From: a phage
Sequence record: PZ379598.1
Length of the DNA stretch: 40,118 nucleotides
Strand: one strand, 5' to 3'
Both the position numbers and the translations under genes were made by a program. The notes beneath the pieces are model-generated. The model saw only the letters and a program-made list of their open reading frames with translations. It did not search any database and was not told where the DNA came from. This document shows, one piece after another, positions 25,177-34,613 of the stretch (its first letter is position 1; the number at the start of each line of letters is the position of its first letter).

Positions 25177-27235
25177 CTTCTGCTATCTCCTGAGTACGGC
25201 ACGCTATCTGCAATTCATCGTGAATCCAAGCCATTAGCGCAAAGTCGCCGTCCCATCCGTTACCGTAACCAGCCTCTTCAAGTTTCTTCTCAGTCAGTAC
25301 CATCCAGTGCTTACAGACAACCGCACCGTCCCCCTGAAGTAGGGCGTTAAGTGCTGAGTGTGGAGACCGGATGTGAATACGACGACCATCCAGACCTTTC
25401 AGCCAGCGACGTTTCCACTTGACGATATTCTCACCGTCCACCCACTTAGAGTCTGAGATTAACGTATTACTCACAGCTTCCCTGAGGTCCTTGATGGCTG
25501 GTGTACCCTCAATGAATTTCTTCATCAGAGCTGAACCTTCCTTCTTACCACCGCCTACTATCAGTCCAATCTTAGCGGCCCCTGCACCATACAGGAACGC
25601 GTAGATGAACGTCTTAGCGTTGTTACGGAAAGCCTCATGGTCGTGGTTAGACTTATCGCGTTGGACGTTAGGTGCTAACCCAGCGTTTACTGCGTTGGCC
25701 CAGTGGATGTCACCTTCTACCACAGTCTTCGCATATGCACCACCGTCAAACGGAGCCGCTCTGTTCCCAAGACAACGAAGCTCAAGACCTGAGGCATCCA
25801 CACCAACTTGAATCCAAGGGTCTGGCTTACCGTCCTTCTTGTTCCACGCTGCACCGAAAGCACCACGGCAAGTCTCACCATATGGAGCACCGTTAGCCGG
25901 GACCTGAGCCATGTTTGGTGAACTATGGGTCGCACGTCCGGTTACTGCCCCGCATGGGTTTATTGAGCCGTGCATACGTCCGTCTGGACCTACAAGTTTC
26001 AACCATGCGTTCTTACCTTCAGCAGCCTGACCGATGCGCTTCTGGACTACCAGGTACTCACGGACCAGCTCTACGCAAGCCTGAGCCTCTGCGTCTGGTA
26101 ACTTAACGTGTTCCAACGTCTCGTCATCGACTACAGGTTTCCCGGTGTCAGTGAAGTCCACAGGCTCCCAGCCACGCTCCATCAGAACTTTCGCTAAGTG
26201 GTCTCCGCTTCCCGGATTAAACTCAACGTAAGTGATAGGTGTGAACGGCGCTCCCTCCATCGTGTCTCGTGAGTCGAACTCGCAAGGCTCCAGACCTAAG
26301 CGTTGAGCTTTGTTCTTCGGCTTCTTGAATACTGACCCGACCTTCGGATACACGACTCGCGGATACTTCGGAAGGTCCTTGCCTGTCCGTGGGTGCTTGA
26401 AGAACTCCTTGCCTCCCTTTGGTGCGTACCAGCTGCCGAAAGTCGAACGCAGCTTGTCCAGCAGCTCTGCACGTTTGACGGTGAGTTCACGATATAAACC
26501 TTCGACCATCTCGGTGTTCATCGGATAGCCGTTACGCTCCATCTTCGCACAGGTCCACGCAGCATCATGTTCCAGACGCAACGCATAAATCTGGTCGAAA
26601 GCGAACTGTTCAGACTGGAAGTAATACTTGTCAGTCAGGAACTTCTTGAACAGCGCCAGCGTGACCACAACGTCTTGAACGTTATAGTCCAGCATCTCCT
26701 GAGACGGGAACATCCATTCGTCCCCAGCCTTATATTCGATACCTTCGGCCTTGCACTTGGCAACGTAATCGTGTTTGTACTCACCCTTCATCTCACCAAG
26801 ACGATAGCCCCAAGCCTCAAGAGACTGGCGTCCCATCATCTTAGGAGGCAGACGACCAGCTTTCACCGCGCCCATGTCTGAGAACTTAATGTTTGGATAC
26901 ATCAAGCGGCCTAGCACCAAGGTATCAATCATCTTGTGTTTCGGGAAGTTAAAACGTTTCCCAAAGTACAGACGCTTCAGCTTGTCTATAGCAGGGACGT
27001 CATAGTTGATACCGTTGTGAAATACCAGCATACCATCAGGCGATGCGGCAATCTCTTCAACTTTATGAACATACTCTTTGAAGCCACCGACGATACCGAC
27101 CATCGGAGCTACCCCATACTTAAGGGTCTCATTCGACTCGGCGTTAATCAGGACCCCACAGTGAAACTGGGAGACTGTATCAAGGAGACCGTTGGTCTCG
27201 ATGTCAGAACCCCAGATACTCTTAAGGTCAAACAT
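25064..27235 (-). CDS. gp5: DNA polymerase (T7 gp5-like, family A)
   Basis: Identity with recalled T7 gp5 (DIE.N.LL..V..FHCGV, FHNG..YDVPA, LEAWGYRLGEMKGEYK, DYNVQDVVVT, C-terminal LDTEGK.GP.W..CH). Start taken at internal ATG 27235 (GGAGGA 6 nt upstream); the track start at 27271 lies inside the upstream hairpin. Confidence 0.95.
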   Translation of the reverse strand: MFDLKSIWGSDIETNGLLDTVSQFHCGVLINAESNETLKYGVAPMVGIVGGFKEYVHKVEEIAASPDGMLVFHNGINYDVPAIDKLKRLYFGKRFNFPKHKMIDTLVLGRLMYPNIKFSDMGAVKAGRLPPKMMGRQSLEAWGYRLGEMKGEYKHDYVAKCKAEGIEYKAGDEWMFPSQEMLDYNVQDVVVTLALFKKFLTDKYYFQSEQFAFDQIYALRLEHDAAWTCAKMERNGYPMNTEMVEGLYRELTVKRAELLDKLRSTFGSWYAPKGGKEFFKHPRTGKDLPKYPRVVYPKVGSVFKKPKNKAQRLGLEPCEFDSRDTMEGAPFTPITYVEFNPGSGDHLAKVLMERGWEPVDFTDTGKPVVDDETLEHVKLPDAEAQACVELVREYLVVQKRIGQAAEGKNAWLKLVGPDGRMHGSINPCGAVTGRATHSSPNMAQVPANGAPYGETCRGAFGAAWNKKDGKPDPWIQVGVDASGLELRCLGNRAAPFDGGAYAKTVVEGDIHWANAVNAGLAPNVQRDKSNHDHEAFRNNAKTFIYAFLYGAGAAKIGLIVGGGKKEGSALMKKFIEGTPAIKDLREAVSNTLISDSKWVDGENIVKWKRRWLKGLDGRRIHIRSPHSALNALLQGDGAVVCKHWMVLTEKKLEEAGYGNGWDGDFALMAWIHDELQIACRTQEIAEDVVRIAQEAMREVGRFYNFKCELDTEGKIGPTWKECH

Positions 27236-27258
27236 GGTTAATCCTCCGTTTAGTCTAA

Positions 27259-27299
27259 TCATAAAGGCCACTCTATGTGAATGACCTTGAGTCTAGACC
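27259..27299 (-). promoter_or_regulatory. Putative RNase III processing hairpin (R4.7 position, before the DNA polymerase gene)
   Basis: Minus strand GACTCAAGGTCATTCACATAGAGTGGCCTTTATGATTAGAC: a 10-bp stem with G-U pairs, nearly identical to my recollection of the T7 R1.1 core (AAGGUCAUUCGCAAGAGUGGCCUUUAUGAUUGACC). Confidence 0.65.
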
Positions 27300-27499
27300 T
27301 AGAAGTCTGTACGCAAGAAGTGGTACATAAACTTCCGGTTAGCTTTCTTCCATGCCTTAGAGTCGAACCTCTGGTCTCCCAGAATGTTGGACAGGAAGGT
27401 TGCTTCATCGCTCCACCATTTGTACATGAACCGATGGTAGCGAGCTTTAAGTTTCTTAAACACTAATGGTGTCCTCCGTATGGTGACTTCCAATCGCAC
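27299..27499 (-). CDS. Hypothetical basic protein (56-66 aa), gene 4.x position
   Basis: ORF between primase-helicase and DNA polymerase; Lys/Arg/Trp-rich (KARYHRFMYKWW). Probable start is the internal GTG at about 27469 with GGAGGA 8 nt upstream. Confidence 0.5.
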   Translation of the reverse strand: MRLEVTIRRTPLVFKKLKARYHRFMYKWWSDEATFLSNILGDQRFDSKAWKKANRKFMYHFLRTDF

Positions 27500-27514
27500 T
27501 CAGGGCATTGACAT

Positions 27515-29218
<1,704 letters not shown>

Positions 29219-29268
29219 TCACTCCTTAATCACAAATGCGAACAGAGGGACAGGACTCACGGTCCCAT

Positions 29269-29288
29269 CCCTAAGGTGATAGTTTAGG
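29269..29288 (-). promoter_or_regulatory. Variant phage promoter upstream of the primase-helicase gene
   Basis: Plus-strand CCCTAAGGTGATAGTTTAGG (two mismatches to the consensus in the TATAG box), preceded by a GGGAC...GTCCC hairpin at about 29248-29267. Confidence 0.55.
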
Positions 29289-29499
29289 CTTTGAAGAACT
29301 GAGACAACTGGTCGGCTTTGGTGTCAGCCTGACGCGCCTTCATGCCAGCTTCCAGTGACGCGATGGTCAGCTTGTCAGCCAGAGCAGCAGCATCAGCCGC
29401 ACCATCGGCAGTCTTCTCTGCTACCTTTCGTTCCATAACCTCAGCACGACGATAACCACGCACCACCAGACGACCAAGAAATTCGATAAGTTTAATCAT
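29284..29499 (-). CDS. Hypothetical helical protein (71 aa)
   Basis: ORF between lysozyme and primase; Ala/Lys/Glu-rich with predicted amphipathic helices and C-terminal QLSQFFKA. Confidence 0.55.
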   Translation of the reverse strand: MIKLIEFLGRLVVRGYRRAEVMERKVAEKTADGAADAAALADKLTIASLEAGMKARQADTKADQLSQFFKA

Positions 29500-29522
29500 T
29501 GAGTGTTCTCCTTTAGAGTTTA

Positions 29523-29981
29523 TTAACCGTGGTCGGAAGTGACCAGTTCGTTAGTGTTAAGCCAGCGCTGCAAGTCGAAACTTGGGCAAGCCTTTGGTGC
29601 TACATCGTGGTGAGCCTTTATTTCTGCCTGAGGATACAAGTCCTTCAGGTCAGCCAGCTTGTTGCGCAGGGAGTTCATCTGGGCTGGAGTGAAGTTAGCT
29701 TCAAACTTGCCCTTAGCGTCAATTCCACCTACAAGGCAGACGCCTACAGACCGTGAGTTCCAGTCCTTAACGTGTGACCCTACGACATTGACAGGGCGTC
29801 CCTCTTCCACAGTACCATCGCGCTTGATGATAAAGTGGTAGCCTACGTCCAGCCAGCCTTGCTGCTTGTGCCACATACGGATGGTCTCTACCCCGATGTC
29901 CATCTCTGGCTTGGTAGCCGAACAGTGAACGAAGATAGCGTCGGTCCGGGACCGTGGATTGAACTGTACCTTACTTACCAT
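29523..29981 (-). CDS. gp3.5: Lysozyme / N-acetylmuramoyl-L-alanine amidase (T7 gp3.5-like)
   Basis: 152 aa; near-identical core to recalled T7 lysozyme (VQF..R..TDAIFVHCSATKP, QGWLDVGYHFIIKRDGTVE.GR, GVCLVGGID.KGKF.ANFTPAQM, HH.VAPKACPSFDL.RW, NELVTSD). Confidence 0.95.
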   Translation of the reverse strand: MVSKVQFNPRSRTDAIFVHCSATKPEMDIGVETIRMWHKQQGWLDVGYHFIIKRDGTVEEGRPVNVVGSHVKDWNSRSVGVCLVGGIDAKGKFEANFTPAQMNSLRNKLADLKDLYPQAEIKAHHDVAPKACPSFDLQRWLNTNELVTSDHG

Positions 29982-30465
29982 TGTACACCACCAATTCTAC
30001 GACAACCAGATTCAGGTGCTGGGTGAAGCGTTGTGCGTCCGTGGTGTGCATCTGGAGATGCTTATGGTTGAAGACGTGTGAGTTGCTAATCTTCACGTAA
30101 ACTTCTTCAGGCTTTCCATGGACGATGAACGTCTGGCCTACACCAATCTTGTCGATGGTCAGGACTTCACGCTTCAAAGTCACAGGCGGTACGCTCGAAG
30201 CTGGCAGGACTTGAGTGGTTTGGACACCAGTGAGTTTCTCTTCCGGCTTGATTTCCTCAAGTTTCCAATTAAGGACCCATGCTCCCCACATACCATCAGG
30301 CTGAGTATTGCATCCGTTAGACCCATGTTTGTATGCGCCTGGAGTCTGGCACTCAACTAGGGTCATTCTTGAATCTGGTACGGGGTCATTCTCACACTTG
30401 GTAACTATAGTCCCACTAGGCCAGCCATGCGCATCTACTAACAGTTTAAACTTCTTGCTCATCAC
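29971..30465 (-). CDS. Hypothetical protein (164 aa) inserted between endonuclease I and lysozyme
   Basis: ORF with an ATGA start overlap on the gp3 stop and an 11-nt overlap with the lysozyme start; no motif I can assign; T7 has no gene at this junction. Confidence 0.65.
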   Translation of the reverse strand: MMSKKFKLLVDAHGWPSGTIVTKCENDPVPDSRMTLVECQTPGAYKHGSNGCNTQPDGMWGAWVLNWKLEEIKPEEKLTGVQTTQVLPASSVPPVTLKREVLTIDKIGVGQTFIVHGKPEEVYVKISNSHVFNHKHLQMHTTDAQRFTQHLNLVVVELVVYNGK

Positions 30466-30914
30466 TTAACTCCTTTCTTCTTGGGGATGAGTATACCTGA
30501 AGGAAGACGTACAGTCGCCTCTCGAAGCCACTCAACCGGGATGAATTTATCGGCATACTTATAGCCGTTCTTTTCGCACCATGCGCCATACGTGGTTGGA
30601 GACCCTTTGTATAACTTGGAGCGTGAACTTGAGAACACGAACCGGATGTCTAACTCTGGGTGCTGTTCTCGTACCAGAAGGTGCTTCTTACGGTCATCAC
30701 TATCGAAGATACCTTTGGTCTCCACGATGATACCGTTAGGAAGGATAAAATCTGGTGTGTACTTGTGGTCGGAAGCCGGAATCACATAGTTGATATAATG
30801 GCTTTCGTACTCCGCTTTGACGCCGTTCTGTTCCAGCCACTGCTGGTTCTTGGCTTCAAGTCCAGAGCGGTAGGCACCCACAGAGTGCCCCCGTTTTGCA
30901 GACCATTGGGCCAT
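30462..30914 (-). CDS. gp3: Endonuclease I, Holliday junction resolvase (T7 gp3-like)
   Basis: 150 aa; strong identity with recalled T7 gp3 (VGA.RSGLE, YVIPAS.H.YTPDF.LPNGI.VETKG, SDDRKKHLL.REQHPELDIR.VFSSSR.KLYKGSPT.YG). Confidence 0.95.
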   Translation of the reverse strand: MAQWSAKRGHSVGAYRSGLEAKNQQWLEQNGVKAEYESHYINYVIPASDHKYTPDFILPNGIIVETKGIFDSDDRKKHLLVREQHPELDIRFVFSSSRSKLYKGSPTTYGAWCEKNGYKYADKFIPVEWLREATVRLPSGILIPKKKGVK

Positions 30915-31612
30915 TAGAAGTCGTAATCGCCACCAGAGCTGGAGTCGTCACCACCTTCGGAACCATCATCACCGAAGTCATCAGACCCGAAGTCACCATC
31001 GGTTGACGCTTTGTACCCAGTACCGAGGTCTTCATCGTCACCCCAGCCACCATCACCACCAGCACCATCACCTTTCCACTCCTTCAGTTCTACCAGAAGG
31101 CATGACTCAAGCTGGAGCTTAACGCTTGCACCAGTCGCAGCGTTCCACTTGAACGGCAGTACTTTGAACTTGACCTTCAGTTTGGAGCCAGCGCCAATAT
31201 TCGGGACGTCACGGATTAACTTAGCATCAGTGTCGTAGAACCGTAATACGATAGGCTCTGACTTGCCGTCTTTCAGGTAAGACGCAAAGCATTTAAACTT
31301 AAGGGTAACAGTACCGTCACCATTCTCAATCCACGGCATGTCGCCTTCTCGTGGTTCAATAGGCTTCTTGCCACGCTGAACCTGAGGTGGGTTCTTCTCG
31401 TGGTCTGCGAGTGCTTTTGCATACGCATCGTCGTGAATCTTCTGTAAGACATCAATCATCTTACGGACATTATGGTTGCTCAGGTCGAATGTCAGGTTAA
31501 CCTTATGCTCACCACGCTCGTTAAACTTGGTGTCTGCTTTGTTCAGCCATGCGTAAGGCTCAACGATACCAGCTACCGGAGTGGTGAAAGTCTTCAGTTG
31601 CTTTTTAGTCAT
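30914..31612 (-). CDS. gp2.5: Single-stranded DNA-binding protein (T7 gp2.5-like)
   Basis: 232 aa; matches recalled T7 gp2.5 (NPP...RGKKP..P.EGDMP, NGDGT.T.KFKC.AS, GSKLKVK, KWN...GASVKLQLES, acidic C-terminal tail ending in F). Confidence 0.95.
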   Translation of the reverse strand: MTKKQLKTFTTPVAGIVEPYAWLNKADTKFNERGEHKVNLTFDLSNHNVRKMIDVLQKIHDDAYAKALADHEKNPPQVQRGKKPIEPREGDMPWIENGDGTVTLKFKCFASYLKDGKSEPIVLRFYDTDAKLIRDVPNIGAGSKLKVKFKVLPFKWNAATGASVKLQLESCLLVELKEWKGDGAGGDGGWGDDEDLGTGYKASTDGDFGSDDFGDDGSEGGDDSSSGGDYDF

Positions 31613-31654
31613 CGGTGTAAATCTCCTAATTTAAAGTTACTAACTGGACGTCTG

Positions 31655-31673
31655 TCCTACAGTGATAGTTTAG
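31655..31673 (-). promoter_or_regulatory. Phage RNAP promoter (variant, upstream of the SSB gene)
   Basis: Plus-strand CCTACAGTGATAGTTTAGG (one mismatch in the TATAG box); overlaps the gp2 stop codon. Confidence 0.65.
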
Positions 31674-31828
31674 GTCTCAGGACGAATCCGTCCGACCATA
31701 AACCCAGCGTCCTCATACTCTTGGGACTTCAGGGTAGCCTCTTCAAGAGACTTTGCGTACACCGGAACCTCGAAGGACTGGGTACGTCCCTCAAGTTCCA
31801 CGATGTATTTCTTCTCTACGTCAGTCAT
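31670..31828 (-). CDS. gp2: Host RNA polymerase inhibitor (T7 gp2-like)
   Basis: Hand-translated 52-aa [55 protein letters not shown], resembling recalled T7 gp2 (SFEVP.YA..L.EA......Y..AGF.V.R.RP); AAGGAG 8 nt upstream. Coordinates +/-2 nt. Confidence 0.65.
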   Translation of the reverse strand: MTDVEKKYIVELEGRTQSFEVPVYAKSLEEATLKSQEYEDAGFMVGRIRPET

Positions 31829-31906
31829 AGACCACGCTCCTTCCATAAGTTGTAGAGCTGAAGGTAATCGACGTTACCTGTCTCCTCAAATTTACGCTCG
31901 CACCAC

Positions 31907-32350
31907 TCACTCGGAAGCATAGCACTTACCTTTATGTAGGTAGAACAGCTCCTGATAGAAGGCTGCTTTGTTCAGGTCCTTCTCCATAGTCGCCAGCTCT
32001 GACTTCTTACCAGCCCGGAGTCGATACTTAAGGACGTTACCCATGCAGAAGCCACGGAACTCACTGACAGTCATGGACCGAGCGATAATCTCAATGGACT
32101 CCACGCCGTCAAAGACCTGATAGTGAGATGGCTTACGGACGCTATCTTCCTGACCTATGGTTGTCGGCTCGGACTGCGCCTGCTTGGTAATACTTAAGGA
32201 ACTAATGGAGTGAGTGAGTGGTTCAGATAAACGGGGCCACTTAACAACAGCTACATGCTCATTCTTAACCACTATCACCTTGCCACAGGAGCGTCCCGCG
32301 TGCGCTCCAACTGGTCCAACATAGTTAACTGTATCCCCCACCTTAACCAT
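31907..32350 (-). CDS. gp1.7: Nucleotide kinase (T7 gp1.7-like)
   Basis: 147 aa; C-terminal region matches recalled T7 gp1.7 (KPSHY..FD..E.IE.IARSMTV..F.G.C.GN.LKYRLRAGKKSELA..EKDL.KA.FY.ELF..HK.KCYA). Confidence 0.85.
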   Translation of the reverse strand: MVKVGDTVNYVGPVGAHAGRSCGKVIVVKNEHVAVVKWPRLSEPLTHSISSLSITKQAQSEPTTIGQEDSVRKPSHYQVFDGVESIEIIARSMTVSEFRGFCMGNVLKYRLRAGKKSELATMEKDLNKAAFYQELFYLHKGKCYASE

Positions 32351-32603
32351 TGATCACCTCCTTCACGAACTCAATAAACAGACGAACGCGAGGCCACTTG
32401 GTGTATACCACAGGTACGTCGGTCTCACGCTTCTGGCGAGCCTCTTCAGCTTTGCCGTGAGTAATCAGAGCATAGACTGTAGGTGACAGCTTAACGGCCT
32501 TCCCGAAGTATCCCAGCTTCTCGTTGCGCTTAATGCAAGCGAACGGGTTGTTAGACAGGTGGAAGGTATCGGTATAACGGTTGAACATTAAGTTCTTAGA
32601 CAT
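32343..32603 (-). CDS. Hypothetical protein, gene 1.6-position
   Basis: 86-aa ORF immediately downstream of a phage promoter; positional analogue of T7 gene 1.6, similarity not verified. Confidence 0.6.
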   Translation of the reverse strand: MSKNLMFNRYTDTFHLSNNPFACIKRNEKLGYFGKAVKLSPTVYALITHGKAEEARQKRETDVPVVYTKWPRVRLFIEFVKEVING

Positions 32604-32631
32604 AGAGTCTCCTTTTGTTGTTGATGGTTGT

Positions 32632-32651
32632 CCTATAGTGATAGCTTAGGG
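32632..32651 (-). promoter_or_regulatory. Phage RNAP promoter (first promoter after the early terminator)
   Basis: Plus-strand CCTATAGTGATAGCTTAGGG. Confidence 0.8.
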
Positions 32652-32679
32652 TCTAACTGGTGGCCCAGACGATAGCTTG

Positions 32680-32726
32680 CTAGCACAAAGCAAAGAAACC
32701 CAGCAGTCCGCGAAGACCACTGGGTT
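32680..32726 (-). terminator. Early (TE-like) intrinsic terminator after the ligase gene
   Basis: Minus strand CCCAGTGGTC-TTCG-CGGACTGCTGGG followed by TTTCTTTGCTTTG: GC-rich stem, UUCG tetraloop, U-rich tail, directly after the ligase stop as T7 TE follows gene 1.3. Confidence 0.75.
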
Positions 32727-32735
32727 GACATTTAG

Positions 32736-33782
32736 TTAGCTCTTAACGGTTGGATTGTCTTCCGTTCCACGCCAGCACTTGAAGCTAGGGTGACGAAGAG
32801 AGCCATCAGGGAACCGCTCCATGAATAGCACTTCACACTGCCAGCCTTCGTATGGATTGATTCCACCGAGAATATATGTATCAGTGTTACAGGCTTCCGT
32901 AAACTCAGCCTTCTGTTCTTCAGTCAGACCACAGGCGTTAACCACCATGCCATCCTCAAGCAGAACCTCGAAGCCGATGACCTTGCCCTCGTTAGCCTTA
33001 CCCTGAGTCCCCCACACGAGACCACACACGGTCCCGTCGATGGTCTCCTCAGGCTTCATCTTCCACATGCCTGACTTCTTGCCACGCTTATATTTACCCA
33101 GTGGGTCCTTGACTACCAGACCCTCGTGTCCTTCCAGACGCTTCTGTTCGTACAGGGAGTTGAGCGACTCAAGGTCATAGACCGTGTGTGACTCAGACAG
33201 AGCCCAGTCGATTTCCGGGAAGTATTTCTGGAGGAGAGGGACGATAGCTTCGGCCTTCAGGCGTGTGACGCTATGGATAGGACCTTCGGCTTTCGGGTCA
33301 GCAATGGTTGTCATGTCGATGACACCGTAGACCACAACCTGAAGTCGTGACCGGGATCCCCAGAACGGGAGCTTCTTTCCACCAGTCGCCGGCGAATAGT
33401 ATTCAGCGAACTCCTCGTTGTTAGGCTTGAGCCACTTCGTTCGGATGAGACCTGAGGAGGTGTTGAAGTCTACACCTTTGACCATGACCTCGCCATCAAT
33501 CATCATGCCCACACCTTCGTAGCCGGATTGACGCAGGAACCATCGCCAGTCAGCTTGGGTCCACGCATTACCTAACTCAGAGTTCATCCACTCCAAGGCT
33601 GGTAGAGGTTTCGACTCGCGGCTAAGCCAGTAGGTCTCACCTTCACGCAGGACCAGGAGGTTCAGGCGCACACCATCGTACTTCACTTCAGCTTCCAGAG
33701 ACCCGGCTGCTTCCAGTGCCTTCTTAATGCCAGACTCAGAGTAATCTACAGCGCGGTGAGGGTTGGTCTTGATAGTTGTCAT
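32736..33782 (-). CDS. gp1.3: ATP-dependent DNA ligase (T7 gp1.3-like)
   Basis: 348 aa; IKTNP..AV, the active-site lysine motif E.KYDGVR, EGHEGL.VKDP, YKRGKKSG.WKMKP, EGKVIGFEVLLE and C-terminal DGSLRHPSF...RGTEDNP as in recalled T7 ligase. Confidence 0.95.
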   Translation of the reverse strand: MTTIKTNPHRAVDYSESGIKKALEAAGSLEAEVKYDGVRLNLLVLREGETYWLSRESKPLPALEWMNSELGNAWTQADWRWFLRQSGYEGVGMMIDGEVMVKGVDFNTSSGLIRTKWLKPNNEEFAEYYSPATGGKKLPFWGSRSRLQVVVYGVIDMTTIADPKAEGPIHSVTRLKAEAIVPLLQKYFPEIDWALSESHTVYDLESLNSLYEQKRLEGHEGLVVKDPLGKYKRGKKSGMWKMKPEETIDGTVCGLVWGTQGKANEGKVIGFEVLLEDGMVVNACGLTEEQKAEFTEACNTDTYILGGINPYEGWQCEVLFMERFPDGSLRHPSFKCWRGTEDNPTVKS

Positions 33783-34033
33783 TATTTCCAGCTCCTATAA
33801 GCGTTAAGTTGCTGCAAGCACCATTGCTCACAGTTAAAGATTTCGTGTTCGGTAAACTCGCGGGAGACCAGAAGCCTTCCACCGTCTGCTTCAATGATTC
33901 TGACCAATACCATGCGGGAGTACGGCGAGTCATCCATTAGGACCTCAAGTCCTGCCTCGCTCATCCAGCGGTGGGTCCGCCCTAACGATGACCACTGGCT
34001 CGGGGATGCGTCGAATAACCAACGTTTACTCAT
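33782..34033 (-). CDS. gp1.2: T7 gp1.2-like protein (in T7, inhibitor of host dGTPase)
   Basis: 83 aa; C-terminal half resembles recalled T7 gp1.2 (RI.E..G.L...........E..FN.C..WL....Y..W). Confidence 0.7.
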   Translation of the reverse strand: MSKRWLFDASPSQWSSLGRTHRWMSEAGLEVLMDDSPYSRMVLVRIIEADGGRLLVSREFTEHEIFNCEQWCLQQLNAYRSWK

Positions 34034-34036
34034 GGC

Positions 34037-34216
34037 TTACACTCCTACGAAATACTTCTCTTGGTTAACCAGAGAGTCTTTACCTTCAGCGTTTCGGAAA
34101 GCGCCTTTGATACCACCACCACGCTTGGTCTTGTTCAGTTTGCGGCCCTTCGGGATGTAACCTTCAGTCTGCTGACGTTCACGGATGCGCTCGAAGTTGA
34201 TAGTGTTCTGATACAT
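34037..34216 (-). CDS. gp1.1: T7 gp1.1-like small basic protein (59 aa)
   Basis: Hand-translated ORF MYQNTINFERIRERQQTEGYIPKGRKLNKTKRGGGIKGAF... containing KGRKLNKTKR, identical to the motif in recalled T7 gp1.1; just below the 60-aa track cutoff. Confidence 0.7.
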   Translation of the reverse strand: MYQNTINFERIRERQQTEGYIPKGRKLNKTKRGGGIKGAFRNAEGKDSLVNQEKYFVGV

Positions 34217-34249
34217 ACGGTTAAATCTCCAGTAGTGTTTATTTAGGGT

Positions 34250-34293
34250 TAATCATGAAGGCCACGACTTTGAGTCATGACCTTGAGTCTAAT
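34250..34293 (-). promoter_or_regulatory. Putative RNase III processing hairpin (R1.1 position)
   Basis: Minus strand GACTCAAGGTCATGACTCAAAGTCGTGGCCTTCATGATT; third copy of the conserved element, in the leader between the phi1.1-like promoter and gene 1.1. Confidence 0.6.
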
Positions 34294-34313
34294 CCTATAG
34301 TGATAGTTTAGGG
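34294..34313 (-). promoter_or_regulatory. Phage RNAP promoter (phi1.1 analogue)
   Basis: Plus-strand CCTATAGTGATAGTTTAGGG. Confidence 0.8.
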
Positions 34314-34333
34314 TTAACCTCTTCTGCGTTGGA

Positions 34334-34603
34334 TTAAAGTGAATACTGCGAGTGCTCCCAGCCACATGGCCAGTAACTGTATGTCTGTCGTTTGGCCTGC
34401 TCCAGCTTGGACACTGCGTCCTTCAGGTACTTCTCGTGGCTGGACTCGACCAGATATACAAGAGTCTTGAACGGGATGTTAAGCTGCTTGGACATCTCGG
34501 TAGGGATGACCGTGGTCTTCACCAGACCCTTGCCGTTGTGTTCTGTTACGGTCACGATTTGAGTCCCACCATTAACGCCAGTATGCTTGTGTGCAAATTT
34601 CAT
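34334..34603 (-). CDS. Hypothetical protein (89 aa)
   Basis: ORF with AAGGAGAG 4 nt upstream of the ATG; lies between RNAP and the phi1.1 promoter, where T7 has no gene. Confidence 0.65.
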   Translation of the reverse strand: MKFAHKHTGVNGGTQIVTVTEHNGKGLVKTTVIPTEMSKQLNIPFKTLVYLVESSHEKYLKDAVSKLEQAKRQTYSYWPCGWEHSQYSL

Positions 34604-34613
34604 AACTCTCTCC

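Noticed and set aside
27236-27271. 12-codon N-terminal extension of the DNA polymerase ORF
   Set aside because: The upstream ATG lies inside the RNase III-like hairpin and has no RBS, whereas the internal ATG at 27235 is preceded by GGAGGA and aligns with the T7 gp5 N-terminus.
31829-31906. Possible gene 1.8-like 31-codon ORF starting at a GTG overlapping the gp1.7 stop
   Set aside because: No ribosome-binding site, a GTG start, and no recognisable similarity; too weak to call.
33736-33933. 65-aa minus-strand ORF overlapping the gp1.2/ligase junction, and similar nested ORFs (for example 24794..25021, 15310..15621, 12980..13318)
   Set aside because: Alternative-frame ORFs embedded in conserved genes with no independent start signals; typical shadow ORFs.
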